Assembly: GCA_033762115.1 (NCBI GenBank)
Contig: JANRLX010000111.1
Coordinates: forward strand, 33,807 to 97,806
DNA length: 64,000 nucleotides
Source of the DNA: Verrucomicrobiota bacterium
Lineage (GTDB): Bacteria; Verrucomicrobiota; Verrucomicrobiia; Limisphaerales; SXQI01
Direction: 5' to 3'
The notes under the pieces were generated by a model that saw nothing but the letters and a program-made list of their open reading frames with translations, had not been told where the DNA came from and ran no database searches. A program made the translations under genes and the position numbers. Positions 47,241 through 56,912 of the stretch are shown one piece after another; the first letter of the stretch is position 1, and the number at the start of each line of letters is the position of its first letter.

Positions 47241-47987
47241 CTACATCACCATCCCGCCATCCACCGTCAGGACCTGCCCCGTGATATATTTTGCGGCAGG
47301 GCTCGCCAGGAAAAGCGCCGCGGAAGCGATATCCTCCGCCTGCCCAAAAAGCCCCAGCGGGATCCGCTTCAATAATTCCGTCCGCGCCTCCTCCTTCAAC
47401 ACAGCGGTCATGTCCGTTTCGATAAATCCTGGCGCAAGCGCATTCACGTTGATCCCGCGCGACGCGAATTCCCGCGCCACCGATTTTGTGAACCCGATCA
47501 ACCCTGCCTTGCTCGCCGCATAGTTTGCCTGCCCGGCATTCCCAATCAATCCGATCACCGAGGCGATGTTGATGATCCGTCCCGAGCGTTGCTTGAGAAA
47601 GCTCCGGGTAAACGCCTTGGTCATCACAAAGGCACCGCGCAGGTTCGTGTTCAACACCATGTCCCAATCCTCTTCACTCATCCGCATGAGAAGCCCGTCA
47701 CGCGTCACCCCCGCGTTATTCACGAGAATGTCTACCCGGCCCGCTTCCGCCAAAATCTTTTCCGCACCCTCTGCCACGGCGGCGGCATTCGAGACATCCA
47801 GCGCCACTGCCCAGGCCTTGCGTCCCAGCGCTCTCACCTCTCCCGCCACTTTTTCGCTGTTTTCACTCGTCCGCGAAACGCACACCACGTCAGCCCCTTC
47901 TTCGGCAAATTTCAGGGCAATCGCCCTTCCGATCCCTCTTCCAGCCCCTGTGACCACGGCAATCTGATTGGCAAGTTGACTCATCAT
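47241..47987 (-). CDS. fabG: 3-oxoacyl-ACP reductase
   Basis: TGAGRGIG, NNAGVTRD, GNAGQANYAASK, PGFIETDMT, GQVLTVDGG. Confidence 0.93.
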   Translation of the reverse strand: MMSQLANQIAVVTGAGRGIGRAIALKFAEEGADVVCVSRTSENSEKVAGEVRALGRKAWAVALDVSNAAAVAEGAEKILAEAGRVDILVNNAGVTRDGLLMRMSEEDWDMVLNTNLRGAFVMTKAFTRSFLKQRSGRIINIASVIGLIGNAGQANYAASKAGLIGFTKSVAREFASRGINVNALAPGFIETDMTAVLKEEARTELLKRIPLGLFGQAEDIASAALFLASPAAKYITGQVLTVDGGMVM

Positions 47988-48038
47988 TTGCGCCAAAGTT
48001 CTCCATGCCGCAGCCTCCTTGTAAAGCAAAAGGCGCGA

Positions 48039-49988
48039 CTAAAAAGTGCTGATCGGCGCCGGTTTCAGAACAATCCAGAAGCGGCTGCCCTTTCCCAGCT
48101 CAGAGACCAGCCCCACTTCACCACCCATTCGTTCCACTGCTTTCCGCACAATGCTCAACCCGATCCCGGTCCCCTCATACGACTCATTCACACGCTCGAA
48201 AATCTGGAAAATTCGTTCCTGATGCTCCGGCGCAATTCCGATTCCATTATCCTCCACCCAGATCCGTATCCTCTCTTCGCGTGTTTCCGCCCGGATTCGA
48301 ATTCGTGGAGTCTGCCCCGGCGGACAAAACTTGATTCCATTGCCAATCAGGTTCGAAAAGCATTGAGTGAGCAACGATTCCTGCCCCAGCACCAATGGCA
48401 GGTTCCCCTCAATTTCCAGGATCGCTCCAGGCGGTTGAAACCCAGGGTACTGGCTCGTGATGTCTGAAAGCAATTCATTCAGGTTGACCGGGCTCAACTT
48501 CAGTTCCGACCGCGCCACCTTGCTATAACTCAGCACATCCTGGATCAACGAATCCAGCCGTGTCGCCGCGCGCCGTATCCGCTGGGTATAATCCGACCCC
48601 TCCGGTCCCAGTTGCGGGCCAAAGTCATCATCCAGCACTGAGGCAAACCCTTGCATCGCCCGCAGCGGCCCGCGCATATCGTGCGAAATACTGTATGAAA
48701 ACGATTCCAGCTCCGAAATCGTTTCCTGTAATCGCGCCGTCCGCTCTGCCACCAATGCCTCAAGATGATCCGCTTGCGATTGCAACAGCTCTTCCTGCTT
48801 CTTTTGACGCGTAATATCCACCGTTCCCCCAAGCATCCGCAGCGGTGTCCCGTCTTCAGCAAACAGCACCCGTGCCGCAGTCCTCAGCCAGCGCACCTGC
48901 CCATCCGGCCGCACCGTCCGGAACACCAACTCATAAGGAGCCTTTTCCTCAATCGCACGTTGGATTGCCTTCTGAACCATCGACGCATCCTCTGGGTGGA
49001 CTATCCTGGCAAACGCCTCCACCGTCCCGCCAAATTCCCCAAACTTCAGCCCATGAAATTCATAAAGCCGGTCCGACCATGAAACCCGGTTATTCCGGAT
49101 ATCCCATTCCCATACCCCCAGTTGTCCTGCATCCAGCGCCGTTCGCAATCGCACCTCGGTTTCCATCACAGCGGCTTCCGCCGCTTTCCGTTGAGTAATG
49201 TCCGTCGAAATGCCCCCTATCGCGTAAACTTCACCGGCTGAGTCCATTAAAGGAAACTTCGTGCTCAGGTAAATATGCAATCCATCCGCCTGGATCGCCT
49301 CTTCCTCAAAATGCAATGCCTTCCTCGCCTCCACCACCTTCTTGTCATTGGCCATGAACCTTTCCGCAATTTCACGAGGGAAAAATTCCTCCTCCCTCTT
49401 TCCAATCATTTCACCCTCCACCTTGAATAATTGACGATAGCGGGCGTTCGCAAAAAGTATCCGATGATTCAGGTCCTTGATATACATCACAGCATCGCTG
49501 TGATCGAAAAACGCCTGTAGCTGCGTCTGTTGCTGCTTCAACTCCGCCTCTACAACCCCCCTCCGCGCAATCTCATCTTCAAGACTTCTGCTGTTTTCGG
49601 ACAACTTCGTGGCTCGAGAATTTGCCTCACTCATGGCAAGCCGCAATTGTTCACTCACATGAATGATGATCCCGCTCGTGAACACGTACACAACCGCAGG
49701 GATCAACCCTGAAACAAATCCATGATCAAACCGGTCGGTCGGCTCCAGAAAAAGCAGGTAAGCCGCAACATATCCCAGGACCATCGAAACAATTCCGCAT
49801 ACAGCCCCTCCTTTTACCGATGAAAACGCCACTGCCGCGAAAATCGTCACGTAGGGAAAACCGGTGCCCAACAACGGAGTCAATAACCAGCGCAGCAGCA
49901 CCATTGAGAGGGTCGCAACCAGCATCACCCCCCATTCCCCCGCCTTAAATCCTTGTCGCTCTTCCGGTTGCTTGAATCCTGATTTCAT
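48039..49988 (-). CDS. membrane sensor histidine kinase (DUF4118-PAS-PAS-HisKA-HATPase)
   Basis: SISHDMRGP intact H-box, NLIGNGIKF, DNGIG, GTGIGL; GGGAGG RBS before ATG 49988. Confidence 0.9.
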   Translation of the reverse strand: MKSGFKQPEERQGFKAGEWGVMLVATLSMVLLRWLLTPLLGTGFPYVTIFAAVAFSSVKGGAVCGIVSMVLGYVAAYLLFLEPTDRFDHGFVSGLIPAVVYVFTSGIIIHVSEQLRLAMSEANSRATKLSENSRSLEDEIARRGVVEAELKQQQTQLQAFFDHSDAVMYIKDLNHRILFANARYRQLFKVEGEMIGKREEEFFPREIAERFMANDKKVVEARKALHFEEEAIQADGLHIYLSTKFPLMDSAGEVYAIGGISTDITQRKAAEAAVMETEVRLRTALDAGQLGVWEWDIRNNRVSWSDRLYEFHGLKFGEFGGTVEAFARIVHPEDASMVQKAIQRAIEEKAPYELVFRTVRPDGQVRWLRTAARVLFAEDGTPLRMLGGTVDITRQKKQEELLQSQADHLEALVAERTARLQETISELESFSYSISHDMRGPLRAMQGFASVLDDDFGPQLGPEGSDYTQRIRRAATRLDSLIQDVLSYSKVARSELKLSPVNLNELLSDITSQYPGFQPPGAILEIEGNLPLVLGQESLLTQCFSNLIGNGIKFCPPGQTPRIRIRAETREERIRIWVEDNGIGIAPEHQERIFQIFERVNESYEGTGIGLSIVRKAVERMGGEVGLVSELGKGSRFWIVLKPAPISTF

Positions 49989-50055
49989 TCCAACCTCCCT
50001 CCCACCACTTATCATTGCAAACTCGCTATAGGATGCAAGTCGATCGCTTAAAATG

Positions 50056-50091
50056 CAAAAGGCGGCTCGCATTTAACGAATAACCGCCTTT
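50056..50091 (-). terminator. intrinsic terminator hairpin
   Basis: AAAGGCGG...CCGCCTTT stem with short T-runs on both strands. Confidence 0.6.
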
Positions 50092-50270
50092 GGCTCCGAG
50101 AGCGTAATGGATTTCTCCCCATCCGACTCAGCGTCCCATTTCCCCTGACGCTTGGACCAACTTACTTAATCACCAAAAATCCCGCTATTGGGACAGTTTG
50201 GGTCATTCCCTTCCTGTATTCCACGAGGCGGGCAGGGCTCCACCCTGAGGGACGGTCTTCCGGATTGGCG
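50056..50270 (-). ncRNA. candidate structured RNA (possibly 6S-like)
   Basis: Non-coding stretch with several stems, ending in a terminator; see findings. Confidence 0.25.
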
Positions 50271-50317
50271 TTAAGATACCCTTTGCCTTGCCGATAGGAT
50301 AAAAAGCGAAATCTCAT

Positions 50318-52405
50318 ATGCGGGAGTGCAACGCTCAAAACAGTCATTTCAGCCGAGTGATCAACCAGATCGCTTTGGAACTGATTTACCTGGAACCAGG
50401 TAAGGACATTGGGCTTTTACCCATCAATTCCCTCCTGAACGAATTGGAAGACCTTAAAGAGGTCCATCCACACCTTATTTCCGGGGTTGCCCGCGCACGT
50501 GAATGCATCGACTACATTTTTACCACTGAATCTGCCGCGTTTACCTCGCAGGACATCGAACTTTTCAAGCAATGGACCCTTTGGGCCCAGGACTCCATCC
50601 GTCTGCTCAATGAAGGTGCATCACCCTCTCCGTTTAACAGCAATCCCGAGACACCCTCTCCCGCACCACCCGTATCCCATCTCTCCCCACCAGAGCACAT
50701 CGCTGCGTTGACCCCGCCCGAGGATGATTTTGCCATTCGACTGGAACTCGAACGTGATGGAGACCTCCTCCGCGAGTTCGTTTCAGAGTCCCAGGAACAT
50801 CTTGCCAATATCGAAAAGGGAATCCTCAAACTTGAGGAAAACCCAGAGCATGAGGAAACCCTTAACTCCATCTTCCGTGCCTTTCACACATTCAAGGGTG
50901 GCTCCGGATTCCTGAACCTCAAACCGATCAACAAGCTCGCTCACGAACTCGAATCACTCCTTGAGAAAGCCCGCCAGAAAAAACTCAAAATCACCTCCCC
51001 AATCATTGATTTGATCCTGGGCGGACGTGACCTGCTCGAACAGTTCGTGACTGCCATCGATGCTCAGTTGAATGGCGCCGGCGCTGGCACCCCCATTCTG
51101 ATTCCCATCCAGCATCTGCTCGATTCACTAAGCCACACCATTCATTTTGGCGGTTCCGAGACTGCCTTTATCGAACGGACCGAAACCCAGTTTTTTACCC
51201 GTGAGGACGGGGAGGGAGGGCTGAAAGCCATCAGGGCAGTCAAGGTTGACATTCAGAAATTGGACAACCTGCTCGACCTCATCGGGGAAATGGTCATTGC
51301 CCAGTCACTTGTCGGGCAGGACTTCGCCGTGAAAGGCAGCGGGGACCCTCGTCTTTCACAGAATCTCGCTCAATTGCGCCGCGTCACCAGGGACCTCCAA
51401 CGCACCGCCATGTCTCTTCGCATGGTGCCCATCCGCAAAACATTTTCAAAAATGGAACGCCTCGTCAGGGATGTCGCCCTCAAGGCTGGCAAGGAAGTCA
51501 AGCTCATCATCTCCGGCGAAGAGACAGAGGCAGACCGTACCATCGTCGCAGAAATTTCCGACCCGCTCATTCACATGATTCGCAATGCCATCGATCATGG
51601 AATCGAAAAACCGGAAAATCGGCTCGCTCTCGGAAAACCATCCTGCGGCACAATCTACCTGAACGCCTTTTACCAGGGCGGAAATCTGATGCTCTCCATA
51701 CAAGATGATGGCGCTGGATTGGACCGGGAACGGATCAGGACCAAAGCCATCGAAAAAGGTTTGATCACGCCTGACGCCACCCTCTCTGAAAAAGAAATTT
51801 TCGGGTTGATCTTTGCCCCCGGCTTTTCCACCGCCGAACAAATCACCGATATCTCCGGCCGTGGAGTCGGGATGGATGTCGTCCGCCGGAACATCGAAAA
51901 AATTCGCGGTAAGGTGGACATTGACTCCAGGAAAGGATGCGGCACCACATTCACTATCTCTCTCCCGCTGACTCTCGCCATCATCGATGGCTTGATCGTT
52001 CGTGTCGGGGAAGAACGTTTCATTTTACCCACCTTGTCAGTGCGGGAATCATTCAGGCCAACCCCGGAGATGATCACCAGGATTGGTGGCCGGGATGAAC
52101 TGGTCGATGTCCGTGGGCAACTCCTCCCGCTGCTTCGATTAAAACAACTGTTCTCCGGGCAGCCCGATCTTTCCGACCCCTCCGCCAGCACTGCCATTAT
52201 TATCGAAAGCAACGGCGCTCACCGTTGTTTGCTCGTCGATGACCTGATCGGAAAACAGGAGATCGTCATCAAGAGTCTCGACGCTATTTTTTCCACAAAC
52301 CCGTTCCTCGCAGGGGCTGGCATCCTTGGCGATGGCAGGGTGGGGCTGATCCTCGATATTAACAATCTGGTCCATTTCAAAAATGCACTCCATCAGGCCG
52401 CTTAG
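50318..52405 (+). CDS. cheA: chemotaxis histidine kinase CheA
   Basis: HPt IFRAFHTFKG, dimerisation KLDNLLDLIGEMVI, HMIRNAIDHG, SGRGVGMDVV, C-terminal CheW-like P5. Confidence 0.93.
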   Translation: MRECNAQNSHFSRVINQIALELIYLEPGKDIGLLPINSLLNELEDLKEVHPHLISGVARARECIDYIFTTESAAFTSQDIELFKQWTLWAQDSIRLLNEGASPSPFNSNPETPSPAPPVSHLSPPEHIAALTPPEDDFAIRLELERDGDLLREFVSESQEHLANIEKGILKLEENPEHEETLNSIFRAFHTFKGGSGFLNLKPINKLAHELESLLEKARQKKLKITSPIIDLILGGRDLLEQFVTAIDAQLNGAGAGTPILIPIQHLLDSLSHTIHFGGSETAFIERTETQFFTREDGEGGLKAIRAVKVDIQKLDNLLDLIGEMVIAQSLVGQDFAVKGSGDPRLSQNLAQLRRVTRDLQRTAMSLRMVPIRKTFSKMERLVRDVALKAGKEVKLIISGEETEADRTIVAEISDPLIHMIRNAIDHGIEKPENRLALGKPSCGTIYLNAFYQGGNLMLSIQDDGAGLDRERIRTKAIEKGLITPDATLSEKEIFGLIFAPGFSTAEQITDISGRGVGMDVVRRNIEKIRGKVDIDSRKGCGTTFTISLPLTLAIIDGLIVRVGEERFILPTLSVRESFRPTPEMITRIGGRDELVDVRGQLLPLLRLKQLFSGQPDLSDPSASTAIIIESNGAHRCLLVDDLIGKQEIVIKSLDAIFSTNPFLAGAGILGDGRVGLILDINNLVHFKNALHQAA

Positions 52406-52419
52406 AACATTTTAAAGGC

Positions 52420-53091
52420 ATGAAAATACTAATCGCAGAAGACAACACCATCTCCCAGGAACTCCTTAAAAAGATCCTCCTGACCCGTCCCGGTTACGAG
52501 GTCGTGGTCGCAAATGATGGCCAGGCCACATGGGAACTCCTCAATGGGGGACTCCGCCCCGACCTTTGCATTCTCGATATCATGATGCCCAAGATGAGCG
52601 GGCTCGAACTGCTCACCAAAATCCGCGCGGATGATCGCATGAAAAATTTCAAGGTCATCCTCTGCTCGGCGCTGCGCGACCGTGAAACCATCTCTCAGGG
52701 TGCTGCGCTGGGAATCGAATATTACATCCTCAAACCCTTCCGTCCCGACCTCGTGCTTCAACAGGTGGACAAAGCCCTCAAGTCAGCTGAAATTCTCAGC
52801 GTCGGTGAAATTACTGAACTTTCCACCCGCATGGGCGTTGATGAATACACCATCAACCAATCCCTCACCACCATGAGCCAGGAAGTCCGGAAAGGGATCG
52901 ACCAGGTTCGCGCCGCCTTGACCTCCTCCATATTTGCCAACCACCTCGGCAAGGAGTCAAACGCCGAAAAGAACAGCATCCAACTTCACGCCCAGAATAT
53001 TTCCACGCTGCTGAATCAGTTGGAAAAGGAAGTCCAGGGCCTTTCAGCAAAGATTCCGGAGCTTCCCATGCCCACTGCCATGGCCATCTGA
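52420..53091 (+). CDS. response regulator (REC plus helical C-terminal domain)
   Basis: ILIAEDN, LDIMMPKMSG, LKPF. Confidence 0.88.
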   Translation: MKILIAEDNTISQELLKKILLTRPGYEVVVANDGQATWELLNGGLRPDLCILDIMMPKMSGLELLTKIRADDRMKNFKVILCSALRDRETISQGAALGIEYYILKPFRPDLVLQQVDKALKSAEILSVGEITELSTRMGVDEYTINQSLTTMSQEVRKGIDQVRAALTSSIFANHLGKESNAEKNSIQLHAQNISTLLNQLEKEVQGLSAKIPELPMPTAMAI

Positions 53092-53116
53092 GATGCCTTC
53101 TAAATGGCTTCTGAGT

Positions 53117-54469
53117 TTAAGCCTGCCGCTTCGGTTTCGGGACCATGAAAGCAATCAGTCCCATCGCCAGCAATGAACAACCCAGCAGGGACAACGCAGC
53201 GACATTGCTTCCATCCGTATGCTTTTTGATATAGCCGACAAGGTACGGCCCAAAAAAACCTCCCAGGTTTCCTACCGAATTGATCAGCGCTATCCCTCCT
53301 GCCGCCCCAGCTCCAGTGAGAAACGCCGTCGTCATCGCCCAGAACGGCGCAATCGTTGACTTCAACCCCGCAAAAGCAATCGTCAACCCTGCCATTGCCA
53401 GGTACGGGTTCGTGAAATAGGCCGCCAGCGCGAAACCAACCGCTGCCGTAAATGCCGAAAGTCCCACATGGGCGCGCCGTTCTCCCGTCCGGTCCGAATT
53501 CCGCCCAACCAGGAACATCGCCACCCCGGCCACGAAATAAGGTATCGCGTTCAACAACCCCACCGTCGAATCACTTTGCCCGGAAAACTTTTTCACAATC
53601 GTTGGCAGCCACATTTCATATCCGTAACCACCCACATTCATCAGGAAATAAAGCAGGCAAAAAACCCACACCTTTCCACTTTTGAACACTCCCGCAAGGC
53701 TGTGGGTTTGGGAAGGCCCCGCCTCTTCCGAACCCTGCGCCACCCGCTGCTTCACCCACTTTTTCTCTCGGTCCGAAAGCCATTTCGCACTATCAGGCCC
53801 GTTTGGCAGCACGCACAGCACAACAATCCCAAAAATCACTGCCGGTAACGCCTCCAGAAAAAAGAGCCATTTCCACCCAGGCATCCCCAGGACCTGATGC
53901 ATCCCATCCAGGATCGCACCCGAAATCGGCGAACCGATCACCCCCGCCGCTATCCCCCCCAATATGAAAAGCGCAATCGTCCCCGCCCGCTCCTTCGGCG
54001 GATACCAGTAAGTCAGGTAAAGAATCACACCCGGAAAAAATCCCGCCTCCGCTGCCCCAAGCAAAAAGCGCATGACGTAAAACATCGTCACCCCTTTGAC
54101 AAACATGAACGACATCGAGACCAGCCCCCACACAACCATGATCCTCGCAATCCATATCCGTGCGCCCACCCTGTGCAGGATCAAATTACTCGGCACTTCG
54201 AAAAGAAAATAACCAATGAAAAACAACCCCGCCCCAAGTCCAAACACCGCATCATAATCCTTCGGTTCCACCCCGAGCACCTCTCTCAGGTGTAACTTCG
54301 CAAAACCCACATTGATCCGGTCGATGTAAGCGATGATGTAACAAAGGAAGAGCAGGGGAATCAGTCGGCGCGTCACCTTCTTCATCAAGGCATTCTGTTC
54401 CCCCTCCGTTAAGCTCCCCGCGTCGGCAGGTCGACCAAAATCCATTTCGTTCCCGGCTGGTGGTTGCAT
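53117..54469 (-). CDS. MFS transporter, anion:cation symporter (TtuB-like)
   Basis: AYIDRINVGFA, FEVPSN, EAGFFPG, SDRTGERR. Confidence 0.9.
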   Translation of the reverse strand: MQPPAGNEMDFGRPADAGSLTEGEQNALMKKVTRRLIPLLFLCYIIAYIDRINVGFAKLHLREVLGVEPKDYDAVFGLGAGLFFIGYFLFEVPSNLILHRVGARIWIARIMVVWGLVSMSFMFVKGVTMFYVMRFLLGAAEAGFFPGVILYLTYWYPPKERAGTIALFILGGIAAGVIGSPISGAILDGMHQVLGMPGWKWLFFLEALPAVIFGIVVLCVLPNGPDSAKWLSDREKKWVKQRVAQGSEEAGPSQTHSLAGVFKSGKVWVFCLLYFLMNVGGYGYEMWLPTIVKKFSGQSDSTVGLLNAIPYFVAGVAMFLVGRNSDRTGERRAHVGLSAFTAAVGFALAAYFTNPYLAMAGLTIAFAGLKSTIAPFWAMTTAFLTGAGAAGGIALINSVGNLGGFFGPYLVGYIKKHTDGSNVAALSLLGCSLLAMGLIAFMVPKPKRQA

Positions 54470-54511
54470 GAGATGGCTGGAGTCTCCGGGAGCGGGAACA
54501 ATCGTTCAACT

Positions 54512-54538
54512 AAAAAAACCGCGTCCCCTCACGCGGTT
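54512..54538 (-). terminator. intrinsic terminator
   Basis: AACCGCGT-cccctc-ACGCGGTT stem with a T-run on the minus strand. Confidence 0.7.
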
Positions 54539-56135
54539 ACTTCCTGGCCACTGCCGCAGTCGTCTTTCGCAAACGATTCGAAAGCTCAATCGCAATATTC
54601 TTCATCACCACCATCCCCAGGTGCGGTTCCCGTTGGACAAGGTTGTTGAATGCACTCCGTTGAATCACCAAAAGAATTGTCGCCTGGTTCGCCACCGCGA
54701 TCGCATTCCGGGGAGTCCCATCAAGGAACGCCAGTTCCCCAAAAATCTGCCCATTCCCGATGCTCGCCAGCGGTTTCGCTCCCTCCTCGATCACAATATC
54801 GATCTGCCCCCGCATCACCACATACGCCTCATTCCCAGAATCACCCTTGCTGAAAACCTTTTCCCCGGGCCGATACAATTTCTGGGTGAACAACCGCGCG
54901 ATCTTTCGCAACTCCCCATCTCCCAGCCCTTCGAAAAACGGCAGCCCCCTCAGCAAATTGATGATCGCCACTCCCACCTTTTGATCCTGGAAATTATGGT
55001 CGATCACATCCGCCACCGCTTTCGCGCTTGCGGTAAAGCTCGGGTTTTCCAGGGAGTAAACCATGTTCAGCTTCACCAGCTTCACCACATCCGCAAAACT
55101 CCCATCCTTCGAGTAGATCGCTGGCAGATACGCAATCGGCACAAAACCCAGCTGCTCCACCGCCTTCAATAACCGCGGCGCCGTCATCAGGATATCCACC
55201 TCCACATACACCGCATTGAACTGCTCCTGCGCCAGCTTCATCGCCTGCTGGAACAACGCCCCCATCGAAAGGTCATCCTGCGAAAAACTGTCAAATATCC
55301 GCACACAACGGTCCAGCTCATCAAACACCAGCGCAACCCCGGCCACAAACTTCCCCTCCCGCTGCCCCAGCAACACTTTCGATGCCGGACTCCCCGGAAG
55401 CCTCAAATATCCAATCCCCTGGTTGAAAAGCCCTGATACTTCCAATGGCGGGTTGCTTCCCTGCGCCTGCATCCGCCACAACTCAAAATCATCCATCGTT
55501 CCCTCGCTGATCAGAAGGTCCGTCTGCAATGGATATCCTGTCACCCCATCCCGGATCGACACCGGATTGGGAATGTTCAACTTCGAGAGCACCAGCGTCG
55601 CCAGTTCACTCACCTGCGAGAGCGATTCGGAAATCGGAAACCGCTTCACCGCGTCCGGCACGCTGAACCGGAAATAAAACAACGTCCCCTCCCGCACCTT
55701 GTTCATGTGCTTGAACGGCTGGAAACCCACGCAGATGAACTGCGCCTGCTCATACAAACGCTGCAACGCGGAATCCGACGCGAACACCCGGCTCACCAGC
55801 ACCTGCTGCCTCTCACGCGCGATCTCATTCGCCTTCGTCAGCAGCGCCATCGCCGAACCATCCCCAAACGCCTCCGGCCGGTTCAAATGACGGCCAATAT
55901 TCGCCACAGGATTGTTGTTTGCCGAAAGCGGAGGAAGAAAAGTCAGCGCCGATTGAAGTTGCGTTCCCGTGTCCGCCACCCACGTCTCCACATCAGCCCC
56001 CTCCTGCAACTGACTCGCGATCAATGCCGGGTCATACGCCTGTTTATCCGGGTAATCCGCATCCAGGGTCGCCTTGAGAAGCGCGATCCATCCCGGTACA
56101 TCAGCGGCAGTTGCTTTGCGAATTGTCAGCGCCAT
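54537..56135 (-). CDS. GNAT-like plus C-terminal cyclic-nucleotide-binding domain protein
   Basis: MALTIRKATAADV GNAT-type start, LYEQAQF and EQLGF motifs; cNMP cassette FGELAFLDGTPRNA. Confidence 0.7.
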   Translation of the reverse strand: MALTIRKATAADVPGWIALLKATLDADYPDKQAYDPALIASQLQEGADVETWVADTGTQLQSALTFLPPLSANNNPVANIGRHLNRPEAFGDGSAMALLTKANEIARERQQVLVSRVFASDSALQRLYEQAQFICVGFQPFKHMNKVREGTLFYFRFSVPDAVKRFPISESLSQVSELATLVLSKLNIPNPVSIRDGVTGYPLQTDLLISEGTMDDFELWRMQAQGSNPPLEVSGLFNQGIGYLRLPGSPASKVLLGQREGKFVAGVALVFDELDRCVRIFDSFSQDDLSMGALFQQAMKLAQEQFNAVYVEVDILMTAPRLLKAVEQLGFVPIAYLPAIYSKDGSFADVVKLVKLNMVYSLENPSFTASAKAVADVIDHNFQDQKVGVAIINLLRGLPFFEGLGDGELRKIARLFTQKLYRPGEKVFSKGDSGNEAYVVMRGQIDIVIEEGAKPLASIGNGQIFGELAFLDGTPRNAIAVANQATILLVIQRSAFNNLVQREPHLGMVVMKNIAIELSNRLRKTTAAVARK

Positions 56136-56219
56136 GATCAGAAATTCGACGTCACCTGTTCCTCAAGTGTATCTTACCAGGGATTGTTGAAAACAAAAAA
56201 GCTGCCATGCAAATTTTCA

Positions 56220-56906
56220 TCAGGATTGCTGTAGGCTCCAACCCTCCAGTTTGGTCAACCATGAGTTGAAATGAGGGCATTGATTACGGATCGTCTGCAA
56301 CCCAATCTCAAGAATTGCCAATGATCCGAGAAGCGGTTTCTCATACTTTTGAACCAAGTTCTTTATACGTTTTGATGGGGCGTCTTTTGGAGAATCGTTT
56401 ATTTCTTCAGGTGATGCGAATTGATCCCGAATCACTTGAAATTGGGAGGTTAAATCCTCGCGGTTGATCGCCTTTGCAAAGGCGGGACAATTACTGAACA
56501 GCAGCCCCTCGAATTCGTGCATCATGACGTAAGGCAAAAATCGTGGCTTATCATTTGTGCCGAGTGAAGACGAAATGTCCTGACGCATTCCTGATTCAAC
56601 CAAGTCGGCTTTTCTCTCAAAACTAGCGTTGGAGGCCTCCTGACGCCCAGGCCAGTCGGATGGGAGACCATAATAATCGATAAGCGTTGTCGAAAAACAC
56701 TCCTGGTCCTCCTTTAGATGTTTAACGATATCATTCCGAACCGAATTCCATGGGCGAATTCCACCGCGACGATCTCGCTTTCTCGCGTTCCCTACGAGGC
56801 GTGCGCTGACGCTAAAAAACCCAAGACTATACAAATGAGGAGCAAGAATTTGATTTACAAACGTCTCTTCCGTTTGGCCCTCAACATGAACCAGAAGTCG
56901 TGCCAT
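56220..56906 (-). CDS. DUF4276 family (TOPRIM-like) protein
   Basis: VHVEGQTEE, TTLIDYYGLP, HEFEGLLF, PEEIND, CPHF..W. Confidence 0.85.
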   Translation of the reverse strand: MARLLVHVEGQTEETFVNQILAPHLYSLGFFSVSARLVGNARKRDRRGGIRPWNSVRNDIVKHLKEDQECFSTTLIDYYGLPSDWPGRQEASNASFERKADLVESGMRQDISSSLGTNDKPRFLPYVMMHEFEGLLFSNCPAFAKAINREDLTSQFQVIRDQFASPEEINDSPKDAPSKRIKNLVQKYEKPLLGSLAILEIGLQTIRNQCPHFNSWLTKLEGWSLQQS

Positions 56907-56912
56907 CAGTTT

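Noticed and set aside
50120..50160. c-di-GMP-I riboswitch (GAAA..GGGACGC on the minus strand)
   Set aside because: The GGCAAA P1 element and the GCAAAGC/GGTCTAA continuation are missing
56136..56219. att duplication of the tRNA-Leu 3' end bounding the ATPase/DUF4276 islet
   Set aside because: No copy of the tRNA 3' sequence was seen
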